64,000 bases of DNA from assembly GCF_964204645.1 (NCBI RefSeq), contig NC_134036.1, positions 1,116,001 through 1,180,000 of the forward strand, written 5' to 3'. Positions within the stretch are counted from its first letter, which is position 1. Each line of letters starts with the position of its first letter. Below, in pieces: positions 53,901 through 64,000 of this stretch. The translations under genes were made by a program, and so were the position numbers. A model generated the notes under the pieces. The model did no database searches, was not told the origin of the DNA, and saw nothing but the letters and a program-made list of their open reading frames with translations. Source of the stretch: Tubulanus polymorphus. Its lineage: Eukaryota > Animalia > Nemertea.

Positions 53901-56900
53901 TCTAAATAAACCATCAGTTTTTATATTCTTTTTACACTGTATTAAAGGATTCCCAAAAAAATTATTTATTTTCTCGTGTTGAAATGAGAAAAGATCGGCC
54001 ATTTTTTTTATAATCCAAGTTTCGCTGTATTAAACAAGATAATTTGCTGCCGAAATGTATTCAATGAACTGAGTCATGAACTTTCAATAGATTATCAATT
54101 ATTTAGAATGCTTTAAATTTCCAGGATTGCGTGACGCTGTGCTGCATAAAATCGAGTCACATGATCAACGAGTATTTAAATTCGAGCGTCGAACCGTGCG
54201 ACGATTTCTACTCGTACGCGTGCGGACGATGGCCGCAGGTGTATCCACGGCAACCGGGACGTCGTCAGTACTCGTGGTTCTCGGTTTTACGCGAGAAAAT
54301 CGAACGTAGAAACGAACACGTGAGTTGAGATATCGATATTCCTATTTTGAGATTTTGAGATTTTAGAAACGTGACGTGGGTTTACATCAATGAGTTTTCA
54401 CGCAGTGCCGAGAAATTGGAATAAACTTGAACGTTTCAGTTTAACGTTTTTTGAGTTCGGAAATATTTGGGAATTCGATAGATTTTCCTCTAATCCAGCC
54501 AGGGAATATTTGGGAATTCGATAGATTTTCCTTTAATCCTGCCAGGGAATATTTGGGAATTCGATAGATTTTCCTCTAATCCTGCCAGGGAATATTTGGG
54601 AATTCGATAGATTTTCCTCTAATCCTGCCAGGGAATGTTTGTGAACTCTTTGGCTTTCGTTACAGCTCTTGACTCTACCCGGAAGCACTTATAGAGGGCA
54701 GCACAGTACGGCTATCGAAAAGGCGAAGACTTACTACGCATCGTGTATGAGTGAATTTAACGTCAATAAACTCGGTATTAAACCACTAGAACAGGTCAGT
54801 ATTCTGTATGACATGGCTGTTTTATCTCGCCTTTCCTATCCTTCTAGATCCCTGTGTTTCAAAATTTCCGAGATTCGCCCCTGATCGCCGGTTGCCGTTG
54901 TATCCATAATTTCCATTAAAATCAAAATGGCCGATTGGCGGCCATTGTTGTTCGCCAAACCCATCACTTTTTACGCATTTTCGAAATGTTCACTGAAACG
55001 TTCGGAAGACGCCGCGATCAATTATCTCGATGTTTTGTTTGCTGATCTATCCCCATCGGGTCATCTGGAAACAAGATGGCCGTCTTGTGACTTTCTTGTG
55101 CCTTGTTGAATTTATTCCTCCATTTTGTTTTTTTTTTACAGTTAATTAAAACGTTAGGGTCGTGGTCGATAACTGGTCCGTGGAATCCTTACGAATGGAA
55201 CATGACGACGGCTTTAACAATCGCTCATCGGCTCGATAGCGATCCGTTTTTTAGTGTGTACGTCGCCGCGAATCCTAACAATACGGATTCACATCAAATC
55301 ACCGTAAGATTTAAACGTCTATTTCTTTAGTCCAGGGGCCGGTTCCATAGCCGAGACTTAAGTCCAAAAGTCGTCTTAAATCTGGTCTTAAGTTGTTAGA
55401 TTAGCTATATAACTAAGACAGTCTTAGACTGGTCTTAAGTCTAAGCCATGACGCTGGAACCGACCCCTGATTCCTAGAACTCCTCGATTCCTCAGAAACT
55501 CCTAAACTGAAACAGCTTTAAAAACCGCTTGAAGGACCTTGATCGAAGGTCCTTTTGAGCAAAATGCCCGAGACCTTCTCTAAAACTCCTTCATTTTTGA
55601 GAAATAGGAAATTCGAAATTATAGTCTAGTTTGCAGTTGTACATTAGACTACCACTAAATTGATAGAATTGGTATCTGGATTTGTTCTTGCCCGATTAGG
55701 CGGTTACTGAATTAGAAACTGAGTGTAGAGATAGTCTATGGGAAAACAATTTGACTTATGAAACCACCGAATTAACGGTTTACTGAGATAAACAGTACCG
55801 ATTTAGGATCGAGGAGTCTACAACCGAATTAACGGTTTACGGAGATAAACAGTACCGATTTAGGATCGAGGAGTCTACAACCGAATTAACGGTTTACTGA
55901 GATAAACAGTACCGATTTAGGATCGAGGAGTCTACAATAATTGTGATATGAAAGTTATACAAGTGTAGGTACTCAAACATTTGTGGTGGTTCCAGTAAAA
56001 GATTTGTTGTGTTGAAACATAAAAATATAGCAAAATATCATCATAGCTAAATTTTGCGTATGTACAGTATTTTGTGAACTATAGATTTAATGTGTACAAA
56101 ATGAAAATGAAAATCTTTGATAAAAATCAGAAGTTTATAGAATATATTCTAATAGTCCTATTGATTTAAGAATGCACGTAAATCTCATCGATTGAATACA
56201 GAACTAAAGGTTCAGCATTTTATCCAGATTTCTTATCAGTATCGAACAGTTTTACATGCAGAGAAACATATGGTACATAAAAACTACGATTTAGAATTCA
56301 ATCTGTTTAATGCATAGACATTACTCAATTACCATCAGCTAACACGGGATAAACACAAATCTTAGAACCGACGCTAATCATCACTGTCCCGATATAACCT
56401 AAATGATAGGAGTTAGGAGGAGTTTACTGTAATTTCTGTCTAATAGTATATTGTATTAACTCCACGTTATTGTTACTCTTAACTCTTTACAATTTACTGT
56501 AATTTCTGTCTCTAATAGTATACTGTATATACTACATGTTACCGTAACTTAAGGAATTCACCGTAATTTCTGTCTAATGTCTGTTTCAATTTTGACTTGA
56601 GAGGATGCCAGGTGGCCTAGCTCAAGTTTAAGGTCCACTGCCAGTGCTTTCTGGTCCTAATAAGACTTTTATCAGGTATGTACTACCAAAACTGACCGAG
56701 TTAGGCCACCTGATGTGCTCTCAAGTCTAGTTGAAATATAAATCAGTTTACTGTATCAACTCTCCGTTACTGTAACTCTTCATAATTTACTGTAATTTCC
56801 TGTCTATAGTTCACAGTATTAACTCCACGTTACTGTAACGTATTTTCAGATCGCGGAATCAGGTTTAACGATGAATAAACGCGATTATTACATCGATTCG

Positions 56901-59900
56901 AAGATGTCTAATTTAACGCGCGCGGCGATGGTCTCGTTCGCGAGGAAGTTCGCCGAACTGATGCACATGCCGATCGCACAAACTCAACAAAAATTCAACC
57001 GAATTTGGACGTTCGAACAAAAACTAGCTAAGGTACCGTATAGTCATCGTAGCTACCAGCTACCGGTTGAAGCTACTATATATCGATATGTGCGTTTACT
57101 TGAATGGATTTGATTTTTTTGGCAGATATTCGCGACGAAAGAGGAGAAAATGGATCCCTGGAATTACAGGCAAAATCTGACGATCAGCGAACTGCAGAAG
57201 AAGTTTGGGAATTTAGTAAGTTTCAGGAGGATGTGTTTATTAGGGTTAGAAATCTGTGAGGACAGTTGCGCAGTAGTGGTGGCTTAGATCTAACAGCACC
57301 TCAGCAGTTGTACAACGGATCCTACAATTTAAAACCAGTCTTTAAATTCAAGATAACTTTTGACCAGTGTTAAAAGAACTTTTGACCAGTCTTAAGATAA
57401 CTTTTGATCAGTTTTAAGATTTAAGATAACTTTTGATCAGTGTTAAGATTTAAGATAACTTTTGATCAGTTTTAAGATTTAAGGTATCTTTTGATCAGTT
57501 TTAAGATAACTTTTGACCAGTCTTAAGATAACTTTGGAGGAAGGGGCCGGGTCCAGAAGAAGAGAAAATACATTTCTCGAATGAAACAGCTAAGTCTAGA
57601 GCACGCGGTATCGTTGCTGAGTCTCTAACATTTCTTTTTGTTTTCAGATCGATTTGAAGTTGTATCTGGGAGATATTTTCAAGCGAAGTTTTACGGATTC
57701 CGATCGAATTGTCGTCGTTCACGGAGATTATTATGAAAAAATGGTGAAACTGATTGAAAACACGGAGAAAGAGTAAGAAACAATTTTACAGTTTTAAAGA
57801 GTTTTATTCTTTTTTTGCGGTGTTTATTATAAATGAACTGTGAATGTTTTAATTTTCAAAACGGTTCGGAACAACTCGGTCCTGAAACTTGACACTCAAA
57901 TTGGCAACAGTCTCTCATGGATGGTTCTTTCTAGGCCGCTGATTGCAGTGGTTCATCTTAGGCCTCTCTTTGCTATCAACAAAGAGAATTCATCAATACA
58001 GTCTTTGCATGAATGAATATCCATGTCTGAAGCTCCAGGCCAAGTCTGCTTGATCCAGCCTGCATTTGAATAGGAAGAAATCAACTATTATATACATGTA
58101 TATTTCTAGCAAGTACTAAATGTCTGGGGGAGGTAGTTTCCTGGGCTACAGATAGTGTTGAGGGGTTATTTTCAGGTTCAAGGCTGCCGATTTATAGGGA
58201 TCCACAAGAGTTCAGTCAGTATCTCGGTATTCGTATTATTTCAGACTGTTAGCAGACTATATCGTATGGATGACTGTTTATCACCAGTTGAGTTATCTAC
58301 CGAACGGATTCGAGGAGGCGTACGACATTCTGTGGCGTCCGATAACGTCTGAACCGGCGAGAAAACCTCGATGGAAAAAATGTCTGAAGATCGCGACGGG
58401 AATGTTCGGTTATCCGGTGTCTGCTGCGTACATCGAGCAGTACGTCACTGATAAAATGATTAGTAAGGTCAGTTTGAAAACCGCGCATCAATTTACAGCG
58501 GGTTTTCTATTGACAAGCCACGGCATCGGTATCTAAACAGGAGCACAATCGTAATAATCCCAATTTGCCTTTTGAAATTACGATGGCAATATTTTTCAGT
58601 TCACTTCATCCACTCGTAACTAATAAGACAGCGATCGCCGCAACTCAAGATTTAGCTTAATCCCTTTCATGTCCTTCAAGTGCCTAGAAATTGTATGAAA
58701 ATACACTGGAATTTCTAAATTTTCCAGATCTTTGTTTTGGCTACGTGGATACTTAACTTGTCCCTTTTCAGTATATATGAACCTTTTAATTTCTTTGTGC
58801 TCCTGTCTAAGTCTGCGTCTGCCCCCTGATCTCACCCTGCAAGCGGCCATCTTAGATTTCCACAAATACGTGGATGCGAGTCATGGGTTTAACCATGCGC
58901 GATCCAAGATGGCTGCTTAGACGCTAACCTTGACGAAAAAACCAACAATAAAGTCGGAAACTTATTTTCAACTCGTCGATTGTAGAAATGATTTCACGTT
59001 TCAGGCGAAAGAAATGACGATGTTCGTTTTGGAAGCGCTTGAGAACCGTTTAAAGACCGTTCCGTGGATGGACGAACCGACGAGGGCGGCCGCTCTAGAG
59101 AAATACGGCGGTTTAGTCAGTCAGATCGGTTTCCCAAAATGGATGAACGACCCAGCGAAACTGGACGAAAAATTCGACAAGGTATTTCATTGAAGTAACG
59201 ACGAAGAAGTTGAAGACCCAGTTTAATAGTCCAGGGACGGCAGTTGCTGAGAAGTTGGTTAAAGTCAACCAGTAGATAGTTGACATAGTGACAATCAAAA
59301 CTTCATTATGATATTTATCCATCTTTAACTAACGTATGAGCAACTTGCTGCCGGCAGGATTGGAATTTCATTCTTAAGGGTCAATCTATAAATTTAGATG
59401 AACTGCTTTCAACTCTTATTAAAGAACTGTGAAGTTGATTATTTGAAATTTTTGGAGTTTATGACTGTGCCGATCGATAATGTCGTTCATATTTCTGTTT
59501 ATAGATGGCGGTGACCGGTTTCTTTTTTCATGATCACCTCGAATTGAAGAAAGCGCGACGTCAACAACGTTTGGATAGATTGTCGAAACCGACTGACCGC
59601 ACCGAGTACGTCTTTTCAGTTACTGATAACAAACTCTTAAGTTGCTGTCTATAAATCAAGATAAACCCATTCAGTGCATCTATTACACAGTGCAAAAATT
59701 TGGTATGAAGGGATGGAAACATATGTCAAACATTGTGAAATATTAGTAACTAACGATACACCATGGTGTAGACGCTCTACACTATAGCGGTATGCCTGCT
59801 ATTCAACGCAATGGGGTGAAATCTTTAAAAATTTTCAAATCATCTCCGGCACTTTCGATTATTAGTCAGCACTGGATAGAGATAAACTGGATAGGGTTAT

Positions 59901-62292
59901 TTATGTATTTGGTGTTATTGTATTTTCAGTTGGTCGATGAACCCTGATGGAGTAAATGCTTATTACAGTATCTCATACAATCAGATTATTGTTCCTGCTG
60001 GTTTACTGCAGTCTCCGTTCTTAGATCCAGACTTTCCGATGTAAGTTGAAGTTTTCCTCAATTTTTCAGCAAGTGCAGGGCGTCTGCAGTTGCTGAAAAG
60101 TTGGTTAAAGATAACTGGTGGATAAGTAACAATAAACTTTGATTGTTACTATGTCAACTAGGTATCACTGGTTAACTCTAACCATCTTTTGAGCAAGTGC
60201 AGGGTGTCTGCAGTTGCTGAAAAGTTGGTTAAACATAACTGGTGGATAAGTAACAATAAACTTTGATTGTTACTATGTCCACTAGGTATCACTGGTTAAC
60301 TCTAACCATCTTTTGAGCAAGTGCAGCGCCTGTTTGCTAGCTGTTTCATTCAGGTGTGGTGGGTTTAGATATGAGACTTACATTGTGGACTCACCTGGAA
60401 ATCAGGGAAAAGTCTGGGAGTTCTTCTTTTCTTTAAAATAGTCAGGGAATTTTGTAAAAAAAAGTTTAAAATCACGGAAATTTGTTGAGATAGCTAGATC
60501 GGGCGTGAAATCGAACAGTTTCCGTGTATGTCTTTGACTTGACTGTGTTAATTTATTAGATTCCTAACAAATCAAGTCAGCGAAAACAACTTACAACATT
60601 AGGGGAAAAAACTGGCCGCCATAATGGGAAATGTTTTTCTATTTTTAGGTCGGTGAATTTTGGGGCGCTGGGTATGTTCCTTGGACATGAACTGTCACAT
60701 GGATTCGACAGCCATGGTGGGTTATCAGTTCCTTCAATCTCGTAACCCAGAGTCTAAGTTTCTATCGCTATAGCGACAGGTGTCGTCTGTCCGTGTTCTA
60801 TTTCTAGGCAGCACTAGAGATAAAACTGGAAATATGAAACGTTGGTGGACGACGCAATCGCAAAAACTCTTCACGGAAAAAGTGGATTGCATGATTAAAG
60901 AATATTCGTCTATTAATATGTTCGGTGTTCAAGTAAGTCAGAAAATCATTTTATCGTATCATATCATTATTGAAGGAGGTTCTAAACGAACCTCTCTTAA
61001 ATTGTTGTTTATCAGGGTGATGCCATAAAGAAGTCATATTTTGTCTTTTGTGTAACCATTAATGATAATGATTCCTTGACCTTATACCCCATTCAGCTTT
61101 GATCCAACACATCTCAGCCAAAAACTAACCGCTTGGGGCTGCAGTTGCTGAAAAGTTGGTTAGAGTAAACCAGTGGATAGCTGACATAGTGACAATTAAA
61201 AGTTCATTATTACTATGGTATCCATCCACTGGTTATCTTTAACCAACTTTTTAGCAACTGCTGCCCCTGATGTTGGTTGCTCAAAAGTTGTTTAGAGTTA
61301 ACCAGTGGATAGCTGACATAGTGACAATTAAAAGTTCATTATTACTATGGTATCCATCCACTGGTTATCTTTAACCAACTTTTTAGCAACTGCCGCCCCT
61401 GATGTTGGTTGCTCAAAAGTTGTTTAGAGTTAACCAGTGGATAGTTGATGTAGTGACAATTGAAATTTCATTGTTACTATGGTATTTAACAACCGGTTAT
61501 CTTTAACCAATTTTTCAGCAACTGCAGCCCCTGGTCTCCTGTCTGAAAATTAATTACAAGGTGACCCTGAACCTCTAGATCTAGAGGTAGATTGTCTGAA
61601 GTGATGCAGGCTTCGGGAAGCAGATTCTGATATGAATTTTCTCAATATTTTTTTAAAACAGGTTAACGGAAAGTTCACCGTAGATGAAAACATAGCCGAT
61701 AACGGCGGTCTAGTGCTAGCGTACGATGCGTATAAACTATGGGTCGATAAATACGGACGAGAACAGCGTCTGCCAGCTCTCGATCGGACCAGTGATCAAC
61801 TATTCTACATCGGATTCGCTCAGGTTAGTGTTTACAGGAAATAGGATAAAAACCCACCTATGTACAATTAAAAGAATTCAAAATCGAGAATTTATTTCTA
61901 AAATGTAAAAACACGACGTTCGATATCACACTAGAGATCATTGTCAGGTGTGATATATAGACTAACAAGAGGGGTATATATACAGAGGAGAACAGGTTAA
62001 TTGAGAAACGTATCTCTCTGTAACGTATTTGAGTCAAGAGATGAACCTAGTCCTGTCTACAGGAAAGCTGGTGACCCTGTTCAAACAGGGACTTAACAAG
62101 AGTTAGAAGATTAACTTTGTGCTGTCTACAGGAAAGCTGTACTACAACCCAGGGGAGCTGCAGTTGCTCCAAAGTTGATGAAAGATGTTAACCAGTGGAT
62201 AAATACCATAGTAACAATGAACTTTTAATTTTCACTATGTCAGCTTTCCACTGATTAACTTTAACCGGGCAACTTGACCCTGGTGGCCAGAC

Positions 62293-62337
<45 letters not shown>

Positions 62338-62720
62338 CAGCAGCCCAAGAATTAACTTTAAGTCTAAGCATTTGAATCTAACTGATGATTTTGTGCGATC
62401 TGAAATGTTCTTAAATCTAAAGACTGACGTAAAGTTTTTAGATTGGCCATAGAACTAAGAAGTTCTCTTAGGCTGGTCTTAAATCTAAGCCGTGTCTAAA
62501 CAACTTACCACTGATTTTACACGAATATATCTTTATCTTGTAGAGTTGGTGCGAGGATATGGATAAAGATTTCGGCGCCATTTTGGTAGAAACGAGTCAA
62601 CACCCGGTGCATCGATTACGCGTGAACGGCGCGCTGCGTAATACGCCACATTTCTCGCAGTCGTTCGGATGTCGGCGCAAAACGGCAATGAATCCGCAGA
62701 ACAGATGCGAAGTTTGGTGA
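50986..62720 (+). CDS. M13 family zinc metalloendopeptidase (neprilysin / endothelin-converting enzyme-like), type II membrane protein, ~775 aa
   Basis: 16 coding GT-AG exons, 2328 nt: 50986-51121, 53223-53386 (TM helix), 54125-54319 (C..LCC...[14 protein letters not shown]), 54666-54794, 55142-55303, 56850-57032, 57126-57215, 57648-57772, 58245-58467, 59005-59181, 59505-59605, 59930-60040 (VNAYY), 60649-60716 (GHELSHGFD, HExxH), 60808-60932, 61662-61823 (ENIADNGG), 62544-62720 (H...RV...CEVW-stop). Start codon choice is inferred. Confidence 0.93.
52917..53040. mobile_element. Harbinger-like MITE family 'GGGCTGCAGTTGCTGAAAAGTTGGTT'; copies also at ~31839-31966, 36711-37080, 59234-59351, 60079-60328 (x2), 61136-61530 (x3), 62152-62280
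   Basis: TIR GGGCTGCAGTTGCTGAAAAGTTGGTT ... AACCAACTTTTCAGCAACTGCAGCCC with a 3-bp CTG duplication on both sides of this copy. A second small TIR element (GGTCCCAGTTTCACAAAAAGG ... CCTTTTTGTGAAACTGGGCC, 53043-53113) abuts it. Confidence 0.85.
53366..53650 (+). repeat. 32-bp tandem repeat spanning an exon/intron junction, giving 9 copies of the 5' splice site
   Basis: GTAAGT at 53387, 53419, 53451, 53483, 53515, 53547, 53579, 53611, 53643. Confidence 0.93.
54459..54640. repeat. ~43-bp tandem repeat, 4 copies
   Basis: Unit GGGAATATTTGGGAATTCGATAGATTTTCCTCTAATCCTGCCA. Confidence 0.88.
55766..55937. repeat. 57-bp tandem repeat, 3 copies
   Basis: Unit ACCGAATTAACGGTTTACTGAGATAAACAGTACCGATTTAGGATCGAGGAGTCTACA. 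Confidence 0.9.
62294..62343 (+). repeat. (CAG)n intronic microsatellite
   Basis: Directly visible. Confidence 0.9.
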
Positions 62721-64000
62721 TCGTCCGAAAATCGGAACGCACGAAATTAAAAAGAAAAGCCGCAGAAATTAACGCGTGTGCCATTTTTACCGCACGCAAA
62801 CATCGCCAGAAAATACCCATCCAGTTGTTGCGAGAGCACGGCCGGATAAAAGAAATTTCTGAATAGTTAATGTCTGAATTTCATCCGGATTTTAGAAAAG
62901 AAAAACCCAAGCGATTCTTTTCATTTTGTATTAAGTTTTTTACAGTTTCAAAAACATTTCTCGACTATTTTGCATAAAACTAGAAAAACCAGTGTCAAAA
63001 ATACAGTTTCCATAGAAATTTACAATCGGGGTCTACCGAGGTTAAAAACAACTTTTTAATATTCGTCAATGTGCCTTCTTAATCTTTACCATTTTGCCTT
63101 AAGAAAAAAGGTGTGCAAACCGTACCTTTGAAATAGCTTTGAACCTTTTAAGAACCTTGCGCGCAAAACGTCATAATTCTAACATATTGAGCAGTTTCTA
63201 GTATTTAAAATATTTTATATGTTATTTTTTGCATCTAGTTATCGGGTTACGCTTATTTATCGGAGATATTTTGTAAAGGGTATTTGACTGGTATTCCTAA
63301 GTGCCTTGAACTACATCGCAACAATGTAGTTCGTTTGTACAAATATTTTCAAGCTTTGGAAACAATGTTTGGTGTAAATAATTTTTGTAGATAATTTGTG
63401 CACGAAGTTTGCGTCGTGTTTTAATTCGTAAAACCCATCTGATTCGGTCCAGTTTCGCAAAAGAGTTATCTTTGAAATCAAATGGATTTCTTCATGAATT
63501 CATTATATCTTAAATCAGTTTAGGCCTTATAGTAAAAGTAATATAGTAAGTTTAGGCTTTTAGTAAAACTGGTTCCCGGAACATCAAACCATGGCCAGTC
63601 TTTTTAAAGCTATTGCATTACCAATAGATCAATCCTTCAGTAATCTTTCAATAAGATTAAGAATGATTCGAATTTTGACCTGATGATTAAATCTAACCTA
63701 CAGCTTTGATGCGACAAGGTTCCAAAGGTGCAGATATGAGGCTGACAAATAAAAAACCCACAGTTGATTTGTAGAAAAGTTTATTTTCTTACAGTTTCGG
63801 GATTACTTCTAAACCTCATCTTCAGAGACACTAAAATGATAGAATAATGAATTACAGTAATTAATGAATATAGGGGTTACCAAGGAGCTAAGAAACAATA
63901 TTACTTTTCTACATATCTACTGTGGGTTTGTATTTGTTAACTGTACACTGAGATTGATATTAGTTCACTACAGGTATCAGGCTGATTCGGTTCCTTGGTT

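Overview
Eukaryotic (bilaterian invertebrate) genomic DNA; the taxon cannot be fixed from sequence alone. It holds four intron-rich protein-coding genes, all reconstructed by hand from GT-AG boundaries and reading frame. (1) A minus-strand cell-surface receptor-like gene (signal peptide-EGF-F-type lectin-EGF-FN3-...) runs off the left edge. (2) An HDGFL2/LEDGF(PSIP1)-family PWWP + IBD chromatin reader spans 6453-16371 (~1018 aa). (3) A canonical 353-aa G-alpha-q spans 18607-38324, followed by ~9.4 kb of CpG-rich sequence free of MITEs and long arrays, probably a very long 3' UTR. (4) An M13 neprilysin/ECE-like zinc metallopeptidase spans 50986-62720 (~775 aa). Introns are filled with several MITE families and an unusually large set of unrelated minisatellite arrays. 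Most ORFs in the supplied track are repeat artefacts. The most unusual signals are: arrays whose units carry transcription-factor-like motifs (19x CTCF-like, 15x YY1+CRE-like, 10x E-box, NFI and NF-Y clusters) and are often hairpins; an orientation-biased CTCF-like motif cluster downstream of G-alpha-q; nine tandem 5' splice sites in the peptidase gene; a candidate 6-nt UGC-type microexon; and RFX X-boxes embedded in coding sequence. None of these can be shown functional from sequence alone.
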